Source of the DNA: a bacterium
GTDB lineage: Bacteria > Krumholzibacteriota > Krumholzibacteriia > G020349025
Direction of reading: 5' to 3'
DNA: 64,000 nt
Assembly (NCBI GenBank): GCA_031362565.1
Contig: JANLSU010000047.1
Coordinates: 1 to 64,000 of the forward strand
This document shows positions 1 through 9,556 of the stretch, piece by piece. The notes under the pieces were generated by a model. The model was not told the origin of the DNA and ran no database searches. It saw only the letters and a program-made list of their open reading frames with translations. How positions within the stretch are numbered: position 1 is the stretch's first letter; every line of letters begins with the position of its first letter. Made by a program: the position numbers and the translations under genes.

Positions 1-67
1 AGTCTCGGACCGAGGGTGGGAGCAGCATGACCTGCTCGATGTTCCAGGGGCGGAAGGTTTTCGACAT
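1..67 (-). CDS. IS1182-family transposase, N-terminal 22 codons (partial)
   Basis: Hand translation MSKTFRPWNIEQVMLLPPSVRD. Too short to appear in the ORF track. Confidence 0.8.
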   Translation of the reverse strand, partial: MSKTFRPWNIEQVMLLPPSVRD

Positions 68-133
68 GCTGCATAAAAACCGCAATTCAGCCGGTCTGTC
101 TACCCTGAAATCGGGGATTACTCGGACAGGCTC
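1..133 (-). mobile_element. IS1182-family insertion sequence, left end (continues beyond window start)
   Basis: The minus strand from ATG at 67 reads MSKTFRPWNIEQVMLLPPSVRD, a typical IS1182 transposase N-terminus. Putative terminal IR GAGCCTGTCCGAGTAATCCCC begins at 133, next to CTAG (134-137, candidate 4-bp target duplication). Homology of the interrupted gene to its paralogs stops at this point. Confidence 0.8.
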
Positions 134-1813
134 CTAGGCGCCGGAACATCGGAGGACATTCAGAAGCTGGAAGTTTTGACTCCAAATCTCCTTCGAGGCG
201 TGGAGTTGCTTCAGGGTGGCACAGGCGGTCGCGGCGGTTCCTCGGGTGGCGGAAGCGGTTTGGTCGCGGGCGGAACCGGCGGGAATGGGGGCGGAGGCGG
301 TGGCGTTGTCGCAGTCCTCGCTCGTGAAATCACCGGTTCGGGGACGATTCGCGCACGAGGCGGAGCGGGAGCGAGCGGCGCAAGCGGCGGGTCCGGATTC
401 GGGGCAGGCGGAGGTGCTGGAGGAGGCGGTGGCGGTGTCATCTACATCGTATACGAAACCCTGGCGTCGCAAGTGACGACTGACGTCGGTGGTGGCTCTG
501 CCGGTCAAGGTGGAGGTGCGAGCGCGGGCGCTCCGGGAAATACTCTCAAGTTTCCACTGAGCAATGCCCTTGTAGACGCGACGGATTGGGGTTGTATTCC
601 GGATACGGGTAGCGACGCAACTTCGGCCATTCAGTATCTTTTCGACCATGTGCCCGATGGTAGTACGGTTTACTTTGCTCCCGGTGAGTACATACTCTCC
701 GCCTCGGTAACCATCGGCCTGCGCCGTTTCAGCTTAGAAGCAACGGGTGTCACGTTCAATTTCGGGACGAGCCCTCTGGCGGATGGATTTGGCGTTCGTT
801 GGGGATTTGCCTCGACGAATGCGTTCCAGCGTCTCTTTTTTCGCGGCCTTCGTGTCACGCGGACCCCGAGCGACGCGACACTCATGGGTCGCGAGTACGT
901 CGGAATAGAGTTTCTCTCAATCGTCTCATGTGTCGTTGACTCCTGCGTTGTCGAGAATTTCAAGGAGGGTTTCAGGGTGCGAGGCGACAGATCGCCACCC
1001 CCGGCTCCACCGTTGTCTGGCGGCTCCGGAAATACTCTGAACGCTTACTTGAGCCTTGTTACGCGGAACTGCCGTTACGGGATTCACGTCGCGGCGAACA
1101 TTGCGGAGCAGCCACTGGACCTTGGTTACGCCAACTCGAACAACTTCGTTGGCGGCGCCATGCTCCTGGACAGCGCGATCACTGACCCTCAAGTTGGTTG
1201 GGCAATCTGGGTCAGCCGGGAGGTGTCGACCGGAGGGACCGCGTTGAATCCGCCGAACAACAACTGCTTCTACGGCATCGACCTCAGTTCGCCATGGGGC
1301 ATCAAGGTCAAGTGCTCCACCACTTTGAACTACTGGTTTAACTGTGTGTACAGCGACGGTGGCGCAATCGATTTCACGAACGACCAGTCGCCTGGAGACC
1401 CGTCGGCGAACGCCGTGGCGTGGGGCCCCTACCTCGACACGACGATGATGACCGAGAGCGTGGCAAACGGGCTCTTGGAAAACCAGAAGCTCGACAGCCA
1501 GCTCGTCAAGCTCGGGTCAGCGAAAATCCTGAGCGCTCAGGCCAAGAACGGACTGAGTGTTGCGCGAATGACTGGATCGGGCGCTATCCCTGGCGATGCG
1601 ATCTACTATGGAGCCACCGGCAATGTCACCTTGCCGGATGTGTCCGATGTCGCGAATCGACTCCTGATCGTCCAGAATACGAGCGCCAGTTCGGTAACCG
1701 TGACCGCGGCAACAGGCGATCAGATCGACCAGTACGGCACCCAAAAAACCTTGGCCCCAAACTCGGTTCTGTGGTTGTACAGCGGCGGCTCCAGCACTTG
1801 GCTCGAGGTATAG
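134..1813 (+). pseudogene. IS-interrupted glycine-rich/beta-helix tailspike-like protein, paralog 1 (C-terminal fragment)
   Basis: In-frame sequence from 137 (GAGTSEDIQKLEVLTPNLLRGVELLQGGTGG) aligns with GAGTNTAIRKMETRVPNILSGVTLVQGGTGG of paralog 2. The ~130-aa N-terminus present in the other two paralogs is missing and there is an in-frame TAA at 74. The TTG at 176 is internal. Confidence 0.75.
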
Positions 1814-1884
1814 GCTCGAAGGTGCGCGCATTGCACCGCGGTATTCATCCATGTCACGGGTCGTCCGCTCTTGGAGGTTGAACA

Positions 1885-3933
1885 ATGCCGTCTCCGCTCG
1901 TCTCGACAGATCTATTTGGTAATGGATCCGACGGGGACAAGTCGTTGACCGCCGATTTTTCGCTGCCGAGTGACATGTATTACCACGACGTCACAATTCC
2001 GACGGGACGAGTCTTGAGCACGAACGGCTACAAACTCTTCGTCACAGGTCGGCTCGAGGTGTTCGGAACGATTCGAAACAACGGCAGCGACGGTCAATTG
2101 GGAGGAAGCGGCGGTGTCGGCGCCACGGCGCACACGGTCGGCGGCAGCACTGCGGGTACCCAAGGCGCGGCGGCGACCGAAGGGCGAGGGACGGTCGCGA
2201 CGTCGCCGGTTGCCGCGCAAGGGGCCGGTGGAAATGGTGGTGGCGGTGGTCCCGGTGGTTGGGCGGAAAACCGGGGCGGCGCGGCAGGCGCTGGAACAAA
2301 CACGGCGATTCGAAAAATGGAAACGCGAGTCCCCAACATTCTTTCTGGGGTCACGCTGGTGCAAGGCGGCACTGGCGGTCGTGGTGGGTCATCGGGCGGC
2401 GGGCAAGTAGGGGCTTTGAGCGGTGGCGGTGGCGGCGGCGGCAGTGGCGGTGGTGTCGTCGCGATCTTTGCGCGCGAGATTGTTGTCAAAACCGGCGGTG
2501 CGATTCAGTGCCGCGGCGGTCGAGGCGGGGACGGCACGAGTCGCTTGGACCCCAATCTAAACGTCGGTGGTGGTGGCGGTGGAGGTGGAGGCGGCGGTGG
2601 CGCAGTCTATCTCGTGTACGAATCGCTCACAATCGAGGCGAACGCGCAGGTGGACGCAACGGGTGGGGCCGCGGGTGCAGGGGGCGCAGTCACCGGGCAG
2701 GGGCTTCCAGGAGGCGCGGGGACAGTGGGCGCGGAGGGTACCGTTCTCAAGTTCCCGCAACCCAACGCATTTCTGAGCGCGCGGAATTGGGGCGTCGTGC
2801 CTGGGTCGGACGCAACGGATGCGCTTCAGGCGTTGGTCGCGTCTGCTCCAACGTACAGCACCATTTTCATCGAGCCCGGAACCTATCCGATGCATGCGCC
2901 ATTGGTGATCGACCGGCCTCTCAACATTCACGCGATCGGCGTTACCCTCGATTTTGGCAACACGGATCTCGGGAGCTCCCCTGCTGTTCAATGGGGCTCG
3001 TCGGCAACACCGAAGTACGTGCGCTTGACGCTGCGTGGCCTTTGGATCAAACGTACCGCCGCTGACAACACGACCCTCTCACGCCTCTATATCGGCTTTC
3101 AATTCACGGGCCTGTCGTCGTGCCAAGTGGAAGCGTGCCAGTCCGAAAATTTTGGAACCGGATATCGGTTTGACGCAACACCGACCGTTCCGAACTCCGC
3201 GAATACCTATGTGGGGCTGGTCAATCGGAATTGCAAAGTGGGGTTGCAGCTTACGGCGAGAGTCGATGCAAACACGTTTGTTGGAGGAAGGAATCTCCTC
3301 GCGCTGACCGATCCGCAGAATGCGAACGCACTGCGGCTCGAATCGGATGAAATGGGTACCGCCCCGTTCAACAATCTCTTCCTTGGCATGGATATCGAGA
3401 ATCCATGGGGCAGGAAGATCTATTGCGAAGGACAGAACAACCACTGGCTCGCGTGTCGCTACGAGATTCCCATTGGCTCGCAGGTGATTGAATTTACAGG
3501 GAATGCGGCCGGCAATGTTCTGGCGTGGGGATACGACCTCTCGCAACTCTCTCCGAACCTGGCGAGTTCGAGCGGCGCCGCCAACCAGCAGCTGGATGCA
3601 AGCAAGGCGGATTTCGGGAGCGCAGCGATCTCGCCAACACTGCTGCGAGACGGGGTTCGCCTCACGCGGACGGCCGTGACGGTGCAGAACGTCACGCTGG
3701 GAGGGACCGAAGTGTATGTTGGCTTGACATCAACGGGCACACCACACAATGTGACGCTTCCAGCAAGTACGAAGCCAGGACGTCTTCTTTTCATCAAGTG
3801 CGAAGGCAACGTGACTGCGACCATCACGGCGCCCAGCGGTGGCAGCATCGACGGTGTGGCGGCGATTTCGCTTGGCGCTTGGGGAAGGGCACGGCTGATG
3901 GCAATTAGCTCGGCGAACTGGGTGACCACTTGA
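1885..3933 (+). CDS. Glycine-rich, pectin-lyase-fold (right-handed beta-helix) tailspike/tail-fibre-like protein, paralog 2 (682 aa)
   Basis: RBS GGAGG. N-terminal FGNGSDG...DMYY...STNGYKLFV, then poly-Gly tracts, then WGVVPGSDATDALQ...TIFIEPGTY (pectate_lyase_3-like start), then C-terminal TLPA...GRLLFIK...IDG...W domain. No signal peptide. Confidence 0.75.
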   Translation: MPSPLVSTDLFGNGSDGDKSLTADFSLPSDMYYHDVTIPTGRVLSTNGYKLFVTGRLEVFGTIRNNGSDGQLGGSGGVGATAHTVGGSTAGTQGAAATEGRGTVATSPVAAQGAGGNGGGGGPGGWAENRGGAAGAGTNTAIRKMETRVPNILSGVTLVQGGTGGRGGSSGGGQVGALSGGGGGGGSGGGVVAIFAREIVVKTGGAIQCRGGRGGDGTSRLDPNLNVGGGGGGGGGGGGAVYLVYESLTIEANAQVDATGGAAGAGGAVTGQGLPGGAGTVGAEGTVLKFPQPNAFLSARNWGVVPGSDATDALQALVASAPTYSTIFIEPGTYPMHAPLVIDRPLNIHAIGVTLDFGNTDLGSSPAVQWGSSATPKYVRLTLRGLWIKRTAADNTTLSRLYIGFQFTGLSSCQVEACQSENFGTGYRFDATPTVPNSANTYVGLVNRNCKVGLQLTARVDANTFVGGRNLLALTDPQNANALRLESDEMGTAPFNNLFLGMDIENPWGRKIYCEGQNNHWLACRYEIPIGSQVIEFTGNAAGNVLAWGYDLSQLSPNLASSSGAANQQLDASKADFGSAAISPTLLRDGVRLTRTAVTVQNVTLGGTEVYVGLTSTGTPHNVTLPASTKPGRLLFIKCEGNVTATITAPSGGSIDGVAAISLGAWGRARLMAISSANWVTT

Positions 3934-3940
3934 GCAGCAC

Positions 3941-3966
3941 ACCGTCGGAGCCGGCGAGGTTTTTTT
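3941..3966 (+). terminator. Possible weak intrinsic terminator/attenuator between paralogs 2 and 3
   Basis: Short imperfect GC hairpin (ccgtcggagccggcgagg) followed by a T7 run directly after the stop codon. Confidence 0.3.
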
Positions 3967-4036
3967 ACGAATGGTGCACGCGTTGTTGTCGCAACCGCGG
4001 AAGTAGCTGAGGGTTCGTTTGGGAGCGAGGTAGTCG

Positions 4037-6175
4037 ATGCCCACACTGATTTCTTCGACGCTTTTCGGAAGTGCCTCAGACGGCAGTCCGGCACTGACAT
4101 CCGATCTTGCGTTGTCGCGGGACATGTACTACGAGGACCTGATCGTGCCGACGGGGCGCACGATCAGCACGAACGGCTACAAACTATTTGTCCGCGGCAC
4201 GCTGGATGTATGGGGCACCATCAAGAACAACGGTGGGGATGGACAGCTCGGTGTCGGAGCGACCGGTGGCGCGGCGGGAACACGCGCCGCGGGTTCGGTT
4301 GGTGGCGGCACGTCAGGCAGCCCCGGAGCCCTTGGGATTGTAGGTGCTGGAAGCGAAGGCATCGCGCCGGTCAGTGCGACCGGAATTGGCGGCGATGGTG
4401 GGTCCGGGGGCAAGGGCGGCGATGGGCGGTCGTCAGGCGCGTCTCAGGGACCCAACACGACGACGACGACGCGCAAAGTAGAGGTCGAGACACCGCACCT
4501 CATTCACGGTCTTGATTTGGTTCAAGGTGGCACGGGCGGAAGCGGTGGATCATCCGGCGGTGGCGACTCTGTGACGTCGTCTCCCGGCTGTGGAGGAGGC
4601 GGTGGCGGGGCAGGAGGTGGCGTCGTAGGGGTGTTCGCGCGCGTCATCTTGTTGGAGACGGGCGGGTCGATTCAAGCACGTGGCGGAAAGGGCGGTGATG
4701 GGGCGGGCAGTGCGGCCTCGGGCGTCAAGGTTGGTGGCGGCGGTGGAGGCGGCGGCGGCGGCGGCGGGGCGATCTATGTGGTTTACGAAGCGCTCACGAT
4801 GGCTGCGGAAGGACAACTCGATGTGGGCAGCGGCTCCCCTGGTGCCGGCGGGATCGTGACTGGGACGGGGCAAGTTGGATCGGTTGGGACTGCGGGAGTC
4901 GAAGGCACAGTCATCAGGCTTCCCCAAAGTCGTGCCACGGTAAGCGCCCTCGAGTGGGGTTGCGTGCCGCACACGGGCGCCGTCATGACGGACAATCTAC
5001 GACACTTGTTCGCATCGGTGCCCCAGCACACGACGATCTACTTCGAGCCTGGTGAGTACATCGTCGACGCCACGATCACGATTCACGGAGCGGTGAGTGT
5101 GATTGCGAAGGGCGTGACCTTCAACTTTGGCAACGCGAATCTCTCCGAGCCGGGATCTCTTGGCTGCGCCGTGATGTGGAACCCTCAGAATCCTGAGAAT
5201 CTCCCTCAGCCGCTACTCCTAAGCGGAATTTCGATCATTCGTGACGCGAATAGTGACACTCTTGCTACTGGGCGTCTTTTCGTTGGCCTCGCGTTGGTCG
5301 CACTGAGTTCGTGCGTTTTGGAGGATTGCTCTGTCTCGAACTTCGCAGTGGGGTTCTCGCTGGAAGACAACCAGTTCCAGCCGGTCTTTCCAGGGAATTC
5401 TCGAAACGTGTACCGGAACCTGCGCACTCTCAACTGTGCGGTAGGAATTCGGGCTCAGACGTCATTGCCGGGAGACGTGATCGCAAACAACATCTTTATC
5501 AGCGGGCAGATGAAGCTCGACGGAAATGTCTCCGACCCCAACTTCGGTATCGCAATCTTGATCACCAGCGATGTCCAGCCGAATGCACCCCACGGGAACG
5601 TCTTTTATGGAATGGATCTGAGTTCGCCGTGGGGCACCAAGATTGTCTGCGCGGGGCCATCGAACGCGTGGCTGTTCTGCAACTACAAGGATCTGCCGGG
5701 TGGCGGCCAACCTGCGATCCAGTTCTCTTCAACAACGGGTACCGGCAACACCGTGGCGTGGGGGTACTTCCTCGGAGCTCAGACAATGGCAGAATCGGGA
5801 CTTCCGGCGGGTGCCGTACGCAACCAGAAGATCGACGACACGCTGGCGCATTTTGGCTCGGCATCGATCTCCAGGGCTTTCTTCGATAAAGGCCTCTTTC
5901 TAGAACGGCGATCCGGCACGGCCCCAGTAACCCTACTGTCCGACACGATCTATTTCGGCGTGACCAACAGCAGCGGCGCCGTGACGCTGCCAACCGCGGC
6001 AAGCGCTGGTGACGGGCGTTTGTTGATTGTCAAGGCGGAGTCCAACACTACGGGATCTCGCTCGATCGCCGCCCAAGCAGGCGATTCGATCCAGGGAGTG
6101 ACGACGGGAATTAACGCTGCGTGGGGTCTTGTGCGTCTCGTTAGCGACGGCGTGACAACATGGCGTGTGGCGTGA
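4037..6175 (+). CDS. Glycine-rich beta-helix tailspike-like protein, paralog 3 (712 aa)
   Basis: Same architecture as 1885-3933 (FGSASDG...DMYY...STNGYKLFV; WGCVPHTG...TIYFEPGEY; FYGMDLSSPWG; TLPTAA...GRLLIVK...SDGVTTW). RBS GAGG. Confidence 0.75.
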   Translation: MPTLISSTLFGSASDGSPALTSDLALSRDMYYEDLIVPTGRTISTNGYKLFVRGTLDVWGTIKNNGGDGQLGVGATGGAAGTRAAGSVGGGTSGSPGALGIVGAGSEGIAPVSATGIGGDGGSGGKGGDGRSSGASQGPNTTTTTRKVEVETPHLIHGLDLVQGGTGGSGGSSGGGDSVTSSPGCGGGGGGAGGGVVGVFARVILLETGGSIQARGGKGGDGAGSAASGVKVGGGGGGGGGGGGAIYVVYEALTMAAEGQLDVGSGSPGAGGIVTGTGQVGSVGTAGVEGTVIRLPQSRATVSALEWGCVPHTGAVMTDNLRHLFASVPQHTTIYFEPGEYIVDATITIHGAVSVIAKGVTFNFGNANLSEPGSLGCAVMWNPQNPENLPQPLLLSGISIIRDANSDTLATGRLFVGLALVALSSCVLEDCSVSNFAVGFSLEDNQFQPVFPGNSRNVYRNLRTLNCAVGIRAQTSLPGDVIANNIFISGQMKLDGNVSDPNFGIAILITSDVQPNAPHGNVFYGMDLSSPWGTKIVCAGPSNAWLFCNYKDLPGGGQPAIQFSSTTGTGNTVAWGYFLGAQTMAESGLPAGAVRNQKIDDTLAHFGSASISRAFFDKGLFLERRSGTAPVTLLSDTIYFGVTNSSGAVTLPTAASAGDGRLLIVKAESNTTGSRSIAAQAGDSIQGVTTGINAAWGLVRLVSDGVTTWRVA

Positions 6176-6340
6176 CGATGTACCGGAAGGGTGAGCGCGG
6201 CCGGTGTCGCTAGCCGCGGCCGCTGCCCTGCAGGAATCACGCGATTTCTTGCGCTCCGGCCTTCTTCTGGCTGGCGCAATTCGACGAGCCCGGCGTCGCT
6301 GACTTTTTCGAGGCCATCCTGGTCGGGAAATGACGCGGCT

Positions 6341-6748
6341 TCAGCGCGGCTTCGATGCCCTTGCAGCCCGCCGCCGCTGCACGAGGCGGCGATATGCGAT
6401 TCCACCCGCGATCGTCGCCAGCATCAGCGTGGCGCTTCCGAGCAGTTCGAACCAACGCGGCTGCGAGCTGGGCCGCGACAAGACCACCGCGGTATCGAGC
6501 ACGAGGAAGAGCAGCACCGCCGCGGCGTGCCGAACGGGCGCTCGCCCCGCGACCCAGGCAGCCATCGCGCCGCCGGCGAGACCGGACGAGACCGCGACCA
6601 GCGTTGCCAGGATGTGAGTTCGAAGCGGCGCATCGAGTCGAACGATCGTGCCGAGCGGCTTGAATCCGACGCTTGTGCCAAAGAAGATCACGGCATATCC
6701 ACAGACGGCCGCGGCGATGCTTCGCAGGAGCGCGATGAGTCTTTGCAT
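6341..6748 (-). CDS. Small integral membrane protein (about 4 TM, 135 aa)
   Basis: ATG at 6748 follows GGAGG. Four hydrophobic segments. Lies downstream of the AraC regulator. Confidence 0.7.
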   Translation of the reverse strand: MQRLIALLRSIAAAVCGYAVIFFGTSVGFKPLGTIVRLDAPLRTHILATLVAVSSGLAGGAMAAWVAGRAPVRHAAAVLLFLVLDTAVVLSRPSSQPRWFELLGSATLMLATIAGGIAYRRLVQRRRAARASKPR

Positions 6749-6837
6749 TGCAACCTCCGGCCACCAGCATCGCGGATCGCGGCCGTTGGAAATAGGACGA
6801 GCGAAGCGTCGAGTGGGACGAACCGATCCGGGAGGTT

Positions 6838-7653
6838 TCAAGCCGAACGGCGAAACGCTCCCGGAGACACGCCGAAGCGCTGCCGGAAGACTCGGCCCAG
6901 GTGAGACTCGTCGTAGAAGCCGGCCCGAATGGCGATCGCCGCGATCGAATCGTGCGTCTGCAGCAATTCACGCCGTGCTTGATCGATGCGCAGATCCAGA
7001 ATGTACTGTCCGACCGACCGGCCGAGGAAGCGGCGGAAGGCGCTCGCCAGCGTAACCGGGTGGACCTGGGCGGCGCGCGCGACTTCCGAGACCGCAAGAC
7101 TCTGCGTGTACGAGGCTCGCACGAACTCGAGAGCCCGCTCGAGCCACGGCGGCCGTTGCTGTTTGCCCAGGTCTGCGTAGCGGCCGGCACGTGCAGTGAG
7201 AAGCAGCAGCAGGGCTTCCAACGCGAGCCGCGAGAATTCGTCGCGTTGGCTGAGCTCGCGCGCGATCTCGCCATGAATCTCGGCGAACACGCCGGGCGCG
7301 AAGTAGGTCGACCGTGGGGCGCCATGGCCCTGCCCGCCGGCACGGCCGGGATCCAGATCCACCAACAACGCATGAACCTCGTCACCGCCGACGGTGTTCG
7401 CATGCGGATCGCCGGCCGGCCGCCAAAGGACGCTGCCCGCGACCAGCGGCACCGTGCGGTCCGGCGTCGACTCCTCGTAGCGGCCTTCCAAGACGACGCA
7501 AAGTTGGTCGCATTCATGGGCGTGCGGTGCGAGAGTCAGGCGCGGCGGCAACGTCACGGACGAAACCGTCCAACCATCCTTCGAGAGGACGGTGTCGCAG
7601 CGGCCAAACGCGCGCGGTGCGCATGCCGCCTGCGGCGGATGGTGCCGGTGCAT
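6838..7653 (-). CDS. AraC-family transcriptional regulator with cupin sensor domain
   Basis: N-terminal cupin (PHAHE...VVLEGRYEE). C-terminal AraC HTH (IAIRAGFYDESHLGRVFRQRFGVSPGAFR). RBS GGAGG. Confidence 0.92.
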   Translation of the reverse strand: MHRHHPPQAACAPRAFGRCDTVLSKDGWTVSSVTLPPRLTLAPHAHECDQLCVVLEGRYEESTPDRTVPLVAGSVLWRPAGDPHANTVGGDEVHALLVDLDPGRAGGQGHGAPRSTYFAPGVFAEIHGEIARELSQRDEFSRLALEALLLLLTARAGRYADLGKQQRPPWLERALEFVRASYTQSLAVSEVARAAQVHPVTLASAFRRFLGRSVGQYILDLRIDQARRELLQTHDSIAAIAIRAGFYDESHLGRVFRQRFGVSPGAFRRSA

Positions 7654-7662
7654 GCAGCCTCC

Positions 7663-8439
7663 CTAGGGGAGCCGGGTCGACGCGATGACGAGATTCGTCG
7701 ATACAAGTGGTTCGAAGGGCGTGTTCGACATCGTCCCGAACAGTTCGACGTTTCCGAGGCCGTGCGCTGCCAACGCCGGCAGGAGTTCGGTCCGCGTCCA
7801 GGCGCGGAGTTCGGCGCGGCGCGTCCGCACGACTTGGACGGGGTCCTCGCGGTCGGAGTGAACCTGCAGCGTCGTTGGCATGAAGATGACCCGGCCGTTG
7901 TCGCGCAGCTCGAGCAGGCGCAGAAAGACGATCTCGCCGTCCGGCGCGGGCCGGAAGTTGACCGGCAAGTACCGCTCGTTCTTCGCGTACAGGCGTTCGT
8001 AATTGAGAATCTGGAACAAGAAACGGCCGCCGGGTAACAGGAGCCGCGCCACAGCACCGATGGCGCGATGCAGATCCGCTTCCGAATCCAAGAACGAGAG
8101 TGTGTTGCCCAAGCAAATGGTGGCGCCGAACTTCGCGTTCAGAAGGCGATCGGCATCCCGCAGATCGCCGTGCACGAAGCGCAATCCCGCCGGCAACGGC
8201 TCGTCGAACGCCGATTCCAGCATCGATTCCGAAGTGTCGAGTCCCGTGGCGCGGTAGCCCTGGGCCGCGAAGTGCCGCGAATGTTCGCCGGTGCCACAAC
8301 CGAGGTCCGCGATGGAGCGCTCGGGGATCGCCGCGAACACCTGGTCGAAGAACGGCGCTTCGCGCTCGATCCGCGGTCCCCAGGCGATCACGCTCCGGTA
8401 TTCGGACCGCGCGAACGGATCCTTGGATTCGGCTGTCAT
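7663..8439 (-). CDS. Class I SAM-dependent methyltransferase
   Basis: Motif I DLGCGTG, GLDTSESML, ICLGNT, LLPGGRF. Start placed at MTAESKDPF. Confidence 0.88.
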   Translation of the reverse strand: MTAESKDPFARSEYRSVIAWGPRIEREAPFFDQVFAAIPERSIADLGCGTGEHSRHFAAQGYRATGLDTSESMLESAFDEPLPAGLRFVHGDLRDADRLLNAKFGATICLGNTLSFLDSEADLHRAIGAVARLLLPGGRFLFQILNYERLYAKNERYLPVNFRPAPDGEIVFLRLLELRDNGRVIFMPTTLQVHSDREDPVQVVRTRRAELRAWTRTELLPALAAHGLGNVELFGTMSNTPFEPLVSTNLVIASTRLP

Positions 8440-8713
8440 GGCCGAGACTCGAAACCGGTGTATTTGCTGTGTTTCAGCTCGCGCTCCTTTGGGTCGCCTG
8501 ACACGGATGGAACACCCAAAGCGGGTCACTGCGCAACGCCACCCCCCGCGTGCCGGCGACACCATCCGTTGTGACGGTGACAACGGCGATTCGTCACCCA
8601 TGGTCGCCGGCGCGCCACAAGTTGGCGAGTTGGCGGCGATTCGTCGATCTCTGCGGAACGGCACGGAGGATGCTCGGTGGCGCGACGAGGCTCAAAAATC
8701 GGAAGGAGGCGCT

Positions 8714-9514
8714 GTGGACTTCGAGTTCTCGCGTCCCGGGATGCACCGGCTGGGCGCGGCAATGACGACTCTCGCTCTATTTTCAGGCTGTGCCGAGCCC
8801 GCGCGCACCCTGCGCCTCGAACCGCTCGATCCAGCCGTTCGATGGGTGAGTGGCCAACCTTGGGTCCAGTCCGAGAAGGAAGGCGTTCTGGTTCGCCTCG
8901 GTTACCGCGACACGGCGCCGGGCCCAGTGGTCTTCGATCTCGAGATCATGAACGCCAGTGCAACCGATCTGATGTTTCGCCCCGAGGCGAGCTTGCTTCT
9001 CGAGGATCGACTCGGAGCCAAACCCGTGGGCGCGATCGATCCGGAGGCGACATTGCTCGCACTCGACGAGCACCGGGCCGAGGTCGAGGCGCTCGAGGCA
9101 GACAGCGCCGGATTGAATGCAGTCGCAGGGCTCTTCGATTTGGCGGCGGCATTCGTGAATGCGAATGAACCGCGGACGGCGGCAGAGGCGACACGCGATC
9201 AGATCGCGGCGCAGCAGGCGGAGGCGAATCAACGGGAGCGCGACCAAGCGCACGAACGCACGCTGCAAGACATCGACGCGCGACGGCGCGAAACCGCCAC
9301 GACGTCGATGCGCCGCACGACGCTCGCCGCCGGGCAGTCGGCGCGCGGCGCGCTACGGTTCCCGGCGCCGGTTGGCGATGGGCCGTTCACAGTGCTCGTG
9401 AACGCAGGGTCGCAGCAGTTCCGGTTCCGTTTCCAACCGCGGTGGCAGGGCGGCCGGAAGCCGGCCCCGCGAGGATGGCCGCGGGCGGCCGAGACGGGAA
9501 CGACTCGGCCTTGA
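8714..9514 (+). CDS. Hypothetical lipoprotein
   Basis: GTG after GGAGG (alternative ATG at 8741). Lipobox LFSG-C. Central coiled-coil-like segment. Confidence 0.7.
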   Translation: MDFEFSRPGMHRLGAAMTTLALFSGCAEPARTLRLEPLDPAVRWVSGQPWVQSEKEGVLVRLGYRDTAPGPVVFDLEIMNASATDLMFRPEASLLLEDRLGAKPVGAIDPEATLLALDEHRAEVEALEADSAGLNAVAGLFDLAAAFVNANEPRTAAEATRDQIAAQQAEANQRERDQAHERTLQDIDARRRETATTSMRRTTLAAGQSARGALRFPAPVGDGPFTVLVNAGSQQFRFRFQPRWQGGRKPAPRGWPRAAETGTTRP

Positions 9515-9556
9515 GCACTGCGTCTTGTGCCGGCAACCCGAGAGGACGAGTCAGAG

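Noticed and set aside
176..178. TTG start of a 545-aa gene as given in the ORF track
   Set aside because: Homology to the paralogs continues upstream to the IS junction at about 137, so this is an internal codon of an interrupted gene.
2380..4770. GGC/GGT runs and (ACG)n as tandem repeats or a CRISPR array
   Set aside because: They are poly-Gly and poly-Thr codons within ORFs. There is no repeat-spacer periodicity and no cas genes.
134..6175. Diversity-generating retroelement or invertible shufflon acting on the three paralogs
   Set aside because: No reverse transcriptase or recombinase in the window, no near-identical TR/VR pair, and divergence is spread across the whole genes.
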